A stretch of DNA of 64,000 bases from Bacteroidota bacterium. GTDB lineage: Bacteria > Bacteroidota > Ignavibacteria > UBA10030 > SZUA-254. A program made the translations under genes and the position numbers. This document shows positions 20,343 through 29,564 of this stretch, piece by piece (the stretch's first letter is position 1; the number at the start of each line of letters is the position of its first letter). The notes under the pieces are model-generated. The model was not told the origin of the DNA. It did not search any database and worked only from the letters and a program-made list of their open reading frames with translations. The DNA lies in the NCBI GenBank assembly GCA_044449065.1, contig JBIOHP010000003.1, forward strand, positions 2,019 through 66,018. Direction: 5' to 3'.

Positions 20343-21242
20343 TTATCGTGAATTATTCTTTTTCGATACAATGCGTTGTGCAACAATGATGTAATGGGAG
20401 CCTGTTGACCGAATTCCCGGGAAATGGTGGTCGGTTAAATATTGAAGAAACCGATTGACCTTTTTTCCCCAACGATCAGGGAGAATTTTTTTGCCGAAGA
20501 ATGTGAATGGTCCAAATCCCAGCGTGAATCCGTCTATTTTCTCCAAACCAAGCGACGCGAACATCGAATCGATTTCACCAAGAGAGTGCATTTGAGGGAG
20601 AGAGGGAATAAATTTTGCATCTCTCAAGCGCAGTTTTACAAATATCCGTTTTATGAATTCCCGCAACGGCGCAATAACCGGATTCAACCGTGGATCCAGG
20701 ATATGATTCAGGCGCCATTTATTATCGACCGTAACGATAAGAAATCCGTCTTGTTTGAGAACGCGGGATATTTCGCGGACCGCTCTTTCCGGTGAATGCA
20801 GCCAGGGAAGAACTCCGAGCGCGATTCCAACGTCGAATGTTTCGTTCTGAAAACTCAGATCGTGGACATCTTCAAGCGTAATATTCACATAATCGCTCAA
20901 TCCGACGCTTTTTGCCCGTTCCTCGGTGAGATTCTTCATCGCTTTGACTTTATCAAGAGCCGTGACTCGATAACCGCGCCTGGCAATCGCGATTGTAAGG
21001 ACTCCCGCGCCGCTGCCGATCTCAAGCACCTTTGATTGGCTTGGTAATCCCAGCTCGTCGAGCAGCTTTAGTGCAATTGCCTGTCGATACTTATAGATGG
21101 TGCTTTGCAGGTCGGTGCTGTTATAGATCGCTTCCCAATAGGTAGACGTCGTTTCAAAATACTCATCCACCAATACTTGCTGGTTATCGCCGCGTGAGGA
21201 TTTTTTTTCATCGATTTCCGCGTGGTGTTTAATTGTTGTCAT
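20343..21242 (-). CDS. Class I SAM-dependent methyltransferase
   Basis: VLEIGSGAG, LSF..ETFD, EISRVLKQDG. Confidence 0.9.
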   Translation of the reverse strand: MTTIKHHAEIDEKKSSRGDNQQVLVDEYFETTSTYWEAIYNSTDLQSTIYKYRQAIALKLLDELGLPSQSKVLEIGSGAGVLTIAIARRGYRVTALDKVKAMKNLTEERAKSVGLSDYVNITLEDVHDLSFQNETFDVGIALGVLPWLHSPERAVREISRVLKQDGFLIVTVDNKWRLNHILDPRLNPVIAPLREFIKRIFVKLRLRDAKFIPSLPQMHSLGEIDSMFASLGLEKIDGFTLGFGPFTFFGKKILPDRWGKKVNRFLQYLTDHHFPGIRSTGSHYIIVAQRIVSKKNNSR

Positions 21243-21288
21243 CGTGTGGTCCCGTTATTATGAAATATTTGGAGTAACATGAGTTCTT

Positions 21289-22638
21289 TTATCCCTTTGT
21301 TTTGAATATTCTCTTCAGCCGGAATTGAATATAACGGACGAGAAAGAGCGGTGAATGTGATTGACGATACTGCACCTGTAATGTGGACGATTCGAGAAAG
21401 AGGCGGTAGCGAATCCATTCATAAACGTTCACGAATTTCGCTAAGACACTTTTCAGGGATTTGGCCGCCGTTGGATTTAATAAACGGATATGCCAGATAG
21501 TTGTTTGCACCGAGGTTAACTCGTATTTATATTGTTCGTTGCCGCGTAAAAATTCTATGGATTCGCAGCCGGATTGCGATGCGTCCTCTATCATTGAAAG
21601 GAGCAAGGCAAGACCGGGGCGGTATTTTGATGATGATTGCTGATCATCAAAGCCTGAGAGGTAATCGTACATTATGTCTTTGTAATTGAAACCCAAACGG
21701 GCGGCTGTACAATTGCCATCCATGCGAACAGTTTTAAACCACAACCAACCTTGATTATGAAATGCCCGGATCACATCTTCCTGAAAATTGACGAAACGTG
21801 AATCGGAGAACACACCGGGGTATCCAAGTTTATTCCATCTTGATTGATGCAACCCCATGAGCTCGTTAAACGAGTTTTTTATCTCCGGGTATGTAGAAAT
21901 CGTTTCAAGTGTAGAAACGCCGGTTCCGTTTTCAAGCTTACGCGCTTGCGAAAATCTCCGCCGGACGCCTGAGCTTAACGATCCTAAATATTCTTTCATC
22001 GATGTTGGGGTTTTAAGCCGTGGACAAACGTCGGCAACTGACGCAGCATAGGGGAATTTCTCATGATCGAGCAGCGATAAAAGTTCACGTTTGAATACGC
22101 TTTCATCCGGGATATTATCAAGTTCCACTTCATCCCATAACTCGTAGTTGTTTTGAAGATAGTTGAGAAATTCCCGAACCACTCTCTGAGCATCCTCCGG
22201 TTTAACGATCCCGTCTAAAAAATCCGACGGACAATAGCGATCGAACAATCCGCGTGAATGTGAACTTCTCACATCACATCCAAGAAACCTCAGCAAGGTT
22301 TGCGCCCCGTATCCGAGAATGGTTTTCTGCTCAAGAAAGAGTGGAATAACCCCGCTCACGACGTCGTCAATTCGTATGACAAGAATATTGAGCGTGCGAT
22401 GGCATTCATTGCCAAAATGTTTCCACCAATAATACTGCCAATCAAACGATTGATAGATCGTTGAGGGAACCTGTGAAACCAACGTATCCCATGATTCCCG
22501 GAGCGACGCGAATTGTTCCAGAGTATTGATTACTTGTATCGAAGCAACCGGATGGCTTTCATTCTTCGCGTCGAATTCACGATCGCGAAGAACAGTCGTT
22601 CCGCCGGAGGATTCAATATTTCTGTACAGAACGGTCAT
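21289..22638 (-). CDS. CelD/BcsL-like GNAT acyltransferase (Acetyltransf_6)
   Basis: W..L......YQSFDW..WW, SDFLD, LH..RW, YLSGFD..YRPG, FLRGNEQYK. Confidence 0.85.
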   Translation of the reverse strand: MTVLYRNIESSGGTTVLRDREFDAKNESHPVASIQVINTLEQFASLRESWDTLVSQVPSTIYQSFDWQYYWWKHFGNECHRTLNILVIRIDDVVSGVIPLFLEQKTILGYGAQTLLRFLGCDVRSSHSRGLFDRYCPSDFLDGIVKPEDAQRVVREFLNYLQNNYELWDEVELDNIPDESVFKRELLSLLDHEKFPYAASVADVCPRLKTPTSMKEYLGSLSSGVRRRFSQARKLENGTGVSTLETISTYPEIKNSFNELMGLHQSRWNKLGYPGVFSDSRFVNFQEDVIRAFHNQGWLWFKTVRMDGNCTAARLGFNYKDIMYDYLSGFDDQQSSSKYRPGLALLLSMIEDASQSGCESIEFLRGNEQYKYELTSVQTTIWHIRLLNPTAAKSLKSVLAKFVNVYEWIRYRLFLESSTLQVQYRQSHSPLFLVRYIQFRLKRIFKTKG

Positions 22639-23516
22639 AACGACTTTTGTTCAGCATCCACTGATTGGGGTTCCAACACTTCTTGTTTATGTCCGTTACC
22701 CTTGACCGGTTTGAACGTTCCGCGGAAGGCATCGCCAGCTTTGCGGCGGGTCCATTCATAATACTGGAACGGCGTCAACAACCGGAGGGCAAATCCCGCG
22801 GCGGTAGTTCTCCCTAAGATCGTAATACGCCGAATTTCAAAATGGTCGTCTCCAAATATTGCCGGTCCGCTGCCAACGCCGCATCCGAAACGGTATCCGG
22901 CATGTTTTGTCGCTTCTTTGATTGAATCATTGATCAAGCCAAAGGGATAAGAAATAGTGTGTACGGGAGCGTCTAATAGAATTTCCAAAAGAATCCTGGA
23001 ACGGCAAATCTGTTCCCAGGTCTGGTCTTCGGTTAATTCTGTTAACCGTGGATGCGAAAGTGAATGCGAGCCAATTTCAAAACCGGCTTCATGCATTTCG
23101 ACTATTTGTCGTCCATTCATCAATGGCGCATCGGGAATTTCCGGGTTATGATCCCAATAATTTGTTTTAACATTCTTATCCCCGAGAACAAAGATGACTG
23201 CTTTAAAGCCGAATTCCTGCATGACGGGAAATGCTACCTCGTACGTATCAAGGTAGCCGTCGTCAAAGGTAAGAATAATGGGTTTCTTCGGAAGATCGAG
23301 TCGACCTTCAAGGAATAACCTGTAATCACGGAACGTGATTGGCGTGAAGCCCCATTGCTCCAACAATTCTAATTGGCGACGGAAGTCGTCGACATGGACT
23401 GACGTCCAGTGTTTGTCGCTGATCTTCCTATCATCAACTACCCTATGGTACATGAGGACTTTAATTGCGCGGGGGTTCCCCTCGCAATGAATTGCGTGTC
23501 CGTTATTGTTGTGCAT
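22635..23516 (-). CDS. Polysaccharide deacetylase (CE4/NodB-like)
   Basis: LMYHRV, TFDDGYLD, GSHSLSH, SYPFG. Start set at ATG 23516, overlapping the end of the GT4 gene. Confidence 0.9.
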   Translation of the reverse strand: MHNNNGHAIHCEGNPRAIKVLMYHRVVDDRKISDKHWTSVHVDDFRRQLELLEQWGFTPITFRDYRLFLEGRLDLPKKPIILTFDDGYLDTYEVAFPVMQEFGFKAVIFVLGDKNVKTNYWDHNPEIPDAPLMNGRQIVEMHEAGFEIGSHSLSHPRLTELTEDQTWEQICRSRILLEILLDAPVHTISYPFGLINDSIKEATKHAGYRFGCGVGSGPAIFGDDHFEIRRITILGRTTAAGFALRLLTPFQYYEWTRRKAGDAFRGTFKPVKGNGHKQEVLEPQSVDAEQKSL

Positions 23517-24717
23517 AAATTTCCACTTCCTTATGTTGTGAAAGAGTTTGTAATATATTTTCAATTTCTTGCCCTATCGCACTCCATTCATACCCGGTGC
23601 GTGCAATTTCATAACCATTCTCGGCAATTTGACGATGGTCGACACGGTCGCGAAGAACATCGATAACAGCATCTGCGAATTGCCGGGGCGTATCGGCGAT
23701 CAATACTGATTTACCAGCTTCTACGGTAATCCCCTCGCAGCCAATGCCGGTAGTGATAACCGGTTTCTTCATCGCCATCGCTTCCACGACTTTTAACCGC
23801 GTTCCTCCACCCATTCGGAGAGGAACGACATACGCCTTTGAGCGCCGTACATACGGTCGTACATCATCGACAAAACCCGTGACGATAATATTTTCGGATG
23901 CGCGTTTTTGGAGGAATAACGGTGGTTGGTTCCCGACAATATATATTTTTGTTTCCGGGATTTCTTTGAGAATTAATGGAAATATCTCATCAAGAAAGTA
24001 CAGAATGCCATCGTAGTTGGGAGTATATCCCATCATGCCCGTAAAGACGAGGGAATATGGTTCAATCTGATCATTGTTCGGGAAGAAGTACGACGTATCA
24101 ACTCCGTTCGGGATAATATACTTCGGTAAATCTGGAATTAACGCATCAAAAACGGTTTTGTCTCTATCCGAAGTTACAAACAATGCGTCTTGTTTCCGGC
24201 AGGCATTCTGTTCTTCGTTATAGAGTTTTTTATATTCTCGAAGGTAATGGTTCTTCCTGAGCGAGGTGTTGGCATGTTCTGCCATCCGCGCAAAGTTATC
24301 ATGTTCAACATTATGCGCGTCTAATATTTTAATCGCTCTCGTATTCAACCTGTACCAGCCCATCATGCAAAATTCTGAGATGACGAGATCGAAGTCATCA
24401 GCGCTTAACACTTCGTCGATTGTTTTTTGCATTTGCTTTGAATAGCAGGCGCATTGGATATAGCTCATATTCGTAAAACGTGAATAGATCTGGCCTATAC
24501 GCCGATATCTTCCGGTCCACGGATACGGGACCACAAAAACCTGTTTGGGTGGTGAATCAAACGCCGCCATTAGTTGATCATGCGCTTCCGGCTCTCCGAA
24601 ACAGACAACGGTGACTTCGTGATTCTGACAGAGTTGTTTCAATAAATGATGAACTCGCAGCGCTCCGCCGTATACCGGCGGTTCGGGTGAATAGGTCATC
24701 ATGTGAAGAATTTTCAT
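23503..24717 (-). CDS. GT4 glycosyltransferase
   Basis: GG..R, HNVE, IPNGVD, GGGTRLKVVEAMA, GCEG. Confidence 0.92.
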   Translation of the reverse strand: MKILHMMTYSPEPPVYGGALRVHHLLKQLCQNHEVTVVCFGEPEAHDQLMAAFDSPPKQVFVVPYPWTGRYRRIGQIYSRFTNMSYIQCACYSKQMQKTIDEVLSADDFDLVISEFCMMGWYRLNTRAIKILDAHNVEHDNFARMAEHANTSLRKNHYLREYKKLYNEEQNACRKQDALFVTSDRDKTVFDALIPDLPKYIIPNGVDTSYFFPNNDQIEPYSLVFTGMMGYTPNYDGILYFLDEIFPLILKEIPETKIYIVGNQPPLFLQKRASENIIVTGFVDDVRPYVRRSKAYVVPLRMGGGTRLKVVEAMAMKKPVITTGIGCEGITVEAGKSVLIADTPRQFADAVIDVLRDRVDHRQIAENGYEIARTGYEWSAIGQEIENILQTLSQHKEVEIYAQQ

Positions 24718-26213
24718 TAATTTACTCCCCGTTCGGACGCCAAAGTTTTTTCATGCCGGTTCATTAATAATGCTTCTCGCAATATGACGATATCGGAGAA
24801 CGGGAAACCTTTTAAAGCCAGCAATCCGCCGATATAAACGAATAAACCGATGATCGCTTGTATCACGAAGGGTATATTTTTTGTGGAAACCAGAAACAAC
24901 ACTGCAATCATCAGGACGCCGGCGGCAATCCCCTTTACCTGAGCGGAAACTTTTGAGTGCTGAAAAATACTTCGCGGGACTAAATATAATGCCATGCACA
25001 TCACGGCAAATTCCGTAATATGCGTCGCGATTGCAGATCCGATGCCGCCATTTCCCATATGCACTTCAGTATAGGGGATGAAGAAATAATTTAAGAGCGG
25101 ATTCAGGAGCATTGCAAAAAATGCGGCAATAGTCCATTGACGGGTTTTCTCGGACGCGATGATGGTCGAGACCAGAATGAAATCGATATATACCAATAAC
25201 AATCCGACGGCAAAAATTTGGAGTAATACAACCGATGGACCGTATTCTTTTAAGCCAAACAATAATTCAATAATTTGCCTGGAGAAGGTGAAGATTATTA
25301 TACTTATTGGAATTCCAGCCAGAAGAATGTAATCAACGCTTTTCTGGGTTGTCTGGGCAAGCACCTGATCGTTTTTGCCCCAGGATTTTGATAACACAGG
25401 AAACAGGGCAGTAGAATAAATACTTGGTAAAAACATCAGCACATCAAATAACCGATAAGCGGCGCCATACCATCCGACGACCCGTTCGGGCGCCATAAGA
25501 GAAAGCATGACTGCATCGATTCTATAATAGATAATCGCGCAGACCGACCAAAGGAAATACGGGACGCCTGCTTTAATTAAATATCGCACTTCCGACCAAT
25601 CAAACGGTGGAATACGAGGGATCAGTCTCCGGATATAAAATGCCTGGATCCCAAAATTAATAAACGTACTCATAGCCATAATAATCGCAATGAGAATTGC
25701 ATGGAACCCGGTCAGAAGAGCCGCAACGCCAAGCGCCGCAACCACAATTTTCTCAACAATCGCGCCTAAGGATGGAAACTGCATCATCTCGAAACCCTGG
25801 AAGCAGCTTGAAATTACCCTTCCAGATCCTTCCCACAATTTGGATATTCCGAGAATGGCGATGAGCAATCTAACCTGGGATGAATATCCGAATGCGAATG
25901 AGATTCCGATAATGGCGAGGGTTGATATAATCCATAACGTGAAGCGCAGAATCAATGAATTTGACAACATCATAGCCGCTTTATCGGCAGATCGGGAGAT
26001 TTCTTTTGCAACGAGAAAAGGGCCGCCGAATTCGATCACCGACTGGGAGATCAATGAAAGTGAAATAGCAAGGTACAATCTACCGTAATCTTCCGTGCCG
26101 AGATACCGCGGTAGGAGCAGCATCAGAATGAAGCTGGAAATCCAGGTTATCACCTGAGACGCCATCATCACCGATGTATTTTTTGCTATTGACCGGACGA
26201 CGTCAAGACTCAT
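24717..26213 (-). CDS. wzx: Wzx-type flippase
   Basis: Many TM helices; RYLG..YG, IYYRID.VML, GWYGAAYRL. Confidence 0.9.
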   Translation of the reverse strand: MSLDVVRSIAKNTSVMMASQVITWISSFILMLLLPRYLGTEDYGRLYLAISLSLISQSVIEFGGPFLVAKEISRSADKAAMMLSNSLILRFTLWIISTLAIIGISFAFGYSSQVRLLIAILGISKLWEGSGRVISSCFQGFEMMQFPSLGAIVEKIVVAALGVAALLTGFHAILIAIIMAMSTFINFGIQAFYIRRLIPRIPPFDWSEVRYLIKAGVPYFLWSVCAIIYYRIDAVMLSLMAPERVVGWYGAAYRLFDVLMFLPSIYSTALFPVLSKSWGKNDQVLAQTTQKSVDYILLAGIPISIIIFTFSRQIIELLFGLKEYGPSVVLLQIFAVGLLLVYIDFILVSTIIASEKTRQWTIAAFFAMLLNPLLNYFFIPYTEVHMGNGGIGSAIATHITEFAVMCMALYLVPRSIFQHSKVSAQVKGIAAGVLMIAVLFLVSTKNIPFVIQAIIGLFVYIGGLLALKGFPFSDIVILREALLMNRHEKTLASERGVN

Positions 26214-27097
26214 ATCGATACACCTTCGCTGAGATCAATGGATTTTCCCTGAGGGTGTCTTATCGATTCAACCGCCACCAACGAAAGAAAGAGCGGTATC
26301 TCAACAAATACCCGCTGCCACTTCGTAGAGGGATCTTGCAAGAATCTGTATATCCATTCAATGCCGGTGTTTCTCATCCATACCGGGGCGCGCCGTTTGG
26401 ATCCGGCGATGAAATCGAATAGACCGCCGACGCCGAGACAAACACGAACGTTAAGCTCGTCAAAATGCTTCGATATCCATTCTTCCTGAAGCGGCGAGCC
26501 GAGCGCTGTGAGTAATATATCCGGTTGTTTTACATTAATATCCTCAATAACAAAACGCTCCATTTCCTTCAGCGAATATCCATCATGGTATCCGAGAATT
26601 TTCAATTGGGGGAACATTTGCAGGAGCCGTTTTTGACATTGTTCGATTACATCCGGAAGGGCGCCAAGTAAATACACGCTCCATCCTTTTGCCATTGCAG
26701 TGCCAAGGAGTTTGGGTGTAAAGTCGGTGCCGTTCAAATTTTCGATTATGGGAGTGCGGAAAAGTTTTCCAGCAAGCTTTAATCCCGATCCATCGGGGAG
26801 CACTAAATCTGCATTATTGATATGGTGTTTGAACACCGGATCATTTTTTGCTAGATGGATGGTATGAACATTAGCAAAAAATACGCTCATTCTGGACGTC
26901 TGGTCATTATCCATGACGCATGTTCTGATTTTTCCCATGGCGGTTTGGCAATTAATGTTGTCCACGTTTACGCCGAATATCCGCACAGTTTCTTTCAATT
27001 TTGAACGATTATTCTCGGTAAGTAAAGAAAAATCCATTTTACGATCGTGATCCAATTTTGTCGATATTGTCGTTTCAAACCTTGACATTAAACGCAT
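26210..27097 (-). CDS. WecB/TagA/CpsF family glycosyltransferase (GT26)
   Basis: ADLVLPDG.G, NGTD, LGSPLQE.W, VGGLFDF.AG..RAP.W..EW.YR. Confidence 0.92.
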   Translation of the reverse strand: MRLMSRFETTISTKLDHDRKMDFSLLTENNRSKLKETVRIFGVNVDNINCQTAMGKIRTCVMDNDQTSRMSVFFANVHTIHLAKNDPVFKHHINNADLVLPDGSGLKLAGKLFRTPIIENLNGTDFTPKLLGTAMAKGWSVYLLGALPDVIEQCQKRLLQMFPQLKILGYHDGYSLKEMERFVIEDINVKQPDILLTALGSPLQEEWISKHFDELNVRVCLGVGGLFDFIAGSKRRAPVWMRNTGIEWIYRFLQDPSTKWQRVFVEIPLFLSLVAVESIRHPQGKSIDLSEGVSI

Positions 27098-27806
27098 CCG
27101 CAGTTTCTTTTAAGGGAGAATAATTTTCCAAAGATTTGAAATAAACGTCGTTTTGTGTTACAATGGCAATCTCGCCATTTTTGAGAAACACAATCCGGTT
27201 TGAATAATTATTTATCGCAATAGGGTCGGAGGCGATGAAAAATTCCCTCGTGCCGTAACCGATTGCGAGAGGGGCGCCGCATCCCACGGCAATGAGTTTA
27301 TCAGGTTCATTCTGACTCATTACCGTAATTGCAAATGATCCTTCAATTTCGCTTATTGCCGATCGTACCGCCGATTCGAGTTTGTCTGTTTTTTTAGAAC
27401 TTTCTTCGATCAGATGTACGATCACTTCGGCGTCCGTTTTGGTGGTGAACTGATGCCCGTTCGCTTCGAGTCCATTTCGCAAAGAAAGATAGTTATCAAT
27501 GATACCGCTTAAGACAAGAGTTAGTTTTCCAGTACAATCGATATACGGCAGGACTTTAGTGCTATCCGAATCACCGTCGTTTTCCGAGTGTGTTTGACCA
27601 ATTCCCATAGTAGAATCGCCGTCAACGGCATTCCATATCTCTGCTAATTTTGCGACACGTCCTTCAACCATTCGATTTAAGAGGATGCCATTATTCAAAA
27701 TCGAAATACCGGCAGAGTCATATCCGCGATACTCCAAACGTTTTAGTCCTTCAAGGAGAATGGGTACCGAGTACCGAGTACCGATGTAACCGACAATTCC
27801 ACTCAT
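27075..27806 (-). CDS. Stand-alone, degenerate GlmS-type glutaminase (Ntn) domain
   Basis: MSGIVG...LEGLKRLEYRGYDSAGI...TDAEVIVHL...PL.IG....FIASD. No SIS domains, and catalytic residues are altered. Confidence 0.8.
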   Translation of the reverse strand: MSGIVGYIGTRYSVPILLEGLKRLEYRGYDSAGISILNNGILLNRMVEGRVAKLAEIWNAVDGDSTMGIGQTHSENDGDSDSTKVLPYIDCTGKLTLVLSGIIDNYLSLRNGLEANGHQFTTKTDAEVIVHLIEESSKKTDKLESAVRSAISEIEGSFAITVMSQNEPDKLIAVGCGAPLAIGYGTREFFIASDPIAINNYSNRIVFLKNGEIAIVTQNDVYFKSLENYSPLKETADAFNVKV

Positions 27807-27825
27807 ATGATTTCTTCTTTAATAA

Positions 27826-29394
27826 TCAGTTATATATTAAACTTTTATTTACTTTACGATCTCCGCCATCCATGCCCTGGAGCGCTGATAATAACCCAAG
27901 GAGGGTTCCGAGGAACACCATGTTTCGATAATATGTAAGCTGGAGATCGTAATTTGAAACGACAAGCTGATTGATGATTGCGCAGATTGCCAACGCGCCG
28001 ACGCTTTTTAAATATGGGTCTTTCAGTTTGGTCACGATTGCGGATCCCTGGAACCCTATCGAGTTCAGGAAGAAGCAGAATAAACAGAAACCAATTCCCC
28101 CTGTCTTGACTAACAGCCATAAGATCTCATTGTGAGGGATATAATCCCGTAGTGTGAAATCAATATGGATCAGCGGAATAGGCATCTCGTATTTACGTCC
28201 AAATCCAAGCCCGACAACAGGATTTATTTGAACATTCTGGGCGAGGTCGTATTTTTCATATTCGCGATATAAATTTGAATAATAACGTTCCCCCGCAGAT
28301 TCGCGGTCATTGCTCAAACCCGATTTGACCAATCTTACCGGCGAACCTAATTTACTGGAACTATTCCAGAAGGCAGCAAAGTACAGGGCTAAAAACAGGA
28401 GGACCCATGCAGAGGTTTTAAATACCTTCTTCTGAACATCTCCCGGAAGAATGGTAATAAGACCTGCGAAGGTTGGGACAATTGCAGCATACGCAGCCCG
28501 CCGTTCACCCGCAAAAAATCCCAGCACCATCGGCAGTAGCATTAAGATAATCGCGTAAACTTGATTGCTCCGTGCCTGGAATAAAACGAGCGCAAAAAGA
28601 AAAATTAATACATCGAGGATGAAAACCGGATCTTCATGATTTGTAAGGGTTTCGTACCCTCCGGTGCTGAACCCAAACACGGTAAATCGTAACGCGCCTT
28701 GAAATGCCTTGTACGAAATAGCGAGAATGATGACCCAGAACAGCGTGTGAACCTGTTTTTTAGTTTGGATAATCTGCGGAACGAAGATGTACAATAGACC
28801 CATATAAAAAATTGCGCGCACTTCCCATAAAGCCGGTAAAAATTCGCCGCCATTTTTAAGTCCATAGAGCAGTGAAAAAACGATTCCCATGAAAAAAAGT
28901 AAAGCTACAGGCCAGACTTGAATTTTATTTGCCCGCCGATTTCTCTGTGCAGCTAAAACAACAAACCAGATGATGAATAATAGAAATAGTTGAAGTTCCA
29001 GAGGATTAACGACTGCAGCGCCCAGATTCGGAAAGAAGGGAGATTCTTTCAAATTCTTGAAATAGTAAACTTTCGTAGTCCATGGCATGAACCCCGGAAT
29101 AGGAAACTGATCGAATACCAGAACCATGCCCATGAAAATGTAAAAACCCCACTCAAGCCGGTAGATTGAGGAAAACAGAATGATTATTGCTGCCAAATAA
29201 GCTGTACCAGCCATGAAACTTCCGTTTGTTACAACAACAATTAGACCGGCGCCAACAGCAGTTATCAGGGTGATGAGTATTGTGAGAAACGCAGCACCGC
29301 GTGAACCAAACCTAAGAGTGGAGACACTCTCGGGATATTGCCATTCAGGCTGAAACGATATGGTTTTTGTTTCCATCGTTTTTTTTTCGTTCAC
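27826..29394 (-). CDS. Wzy polymerase / O-antigen ligase family protein
   Basis: Multiple TM helices; RRAAY, NP..GLGFG, PHNEILWLLVKTGGIG. Confidence 0.85.
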   Translation of the reverse strand: MNEKKTMETKTISFQPEWQYPESVSTLRFGSRGAAFLTILITLITAVGAGLIVVVTNGSFMAGTAYLAAIIILFSSIYRLEWGFYIFMGMVLVFDQFPIPGFMPWTTKVYYFKNLKESPFFPNLGAAVVNPLELQLFLLFIIWFVVLAAQRNRRANKIQVWPVALLFFMGIVFSLLYGLKNGGEFLPALWEVRAIFYMGLLYIFVPQIIQTKKQVHTLFWVIILAISYKAFQGALRFTVFGFSTGGYETLTNHEDPVFILDVLIFLFALVLFQARSNQVYAIILMLLPMVLGFFAGERRAAYAAIVPTFAGLITILPGDVQKKVFKTSAWVLLFLALYFAAFWNSSSKLGSPVRLVKSGLSNDRESAGERYYSNLYREYEKYDLAQNVQINPVVGLGFGRKYEMPIPLIHIDFTLRDYIPHNEILWLLVKTGGIGFCLFCFFLNSIGFQGSAIVTKLKDPYLKSVGALAICAIINQLVVSNYDLQLTYYRNMVFLGTLLGLLSALQGMDGGDRKVNKSLIYN

Positions 29395-29558
29395 GGAGTT
29401 GGAATCTTTCTGGTAAACATATCGAACAAGAGTATGCCGGTTTGGGCGATCGCGAAGAGGAGGAGCAATAAAAATGTCCCGAAGTTCAAGGGTCGGCCTT
29501 TTTTTCCCGTCCTAAGAGCGACGAGATAAATGAAAATTATTCCGAGCAGGGAAGTCAT
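29391..29558 (-). CDS. Small two-helix membrane protein (55 aa, not in the ORF track)
   Basis: Read by hand: MTSLLGIIFIYLVALRTGKKGRPLNFGTFLLLLLFAIAQTGILLFDMFTRKIPTP. It starts 6 nt after the kinase stop, and its TGA overlaps the wzy GTG. Confidence 0.75.
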   Translation of the reverse strand: MTSLLGIIFIYLVALRTGKKGRPLNFGTFLLLLLFAIAQTGILLFDMFTRKIPTP

Positions 29559-29564
29559 AAACTC

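Noticed and set aside
13926-22638. Bcs cellulose synthase system (GT2 + cellulase + CelD/BcsL)
   Set aside because: The GT2 is short with no PilZ domain, and there is no BcsB or BcsC. The locus has Wzx/Wzy/Wza machinery instead.
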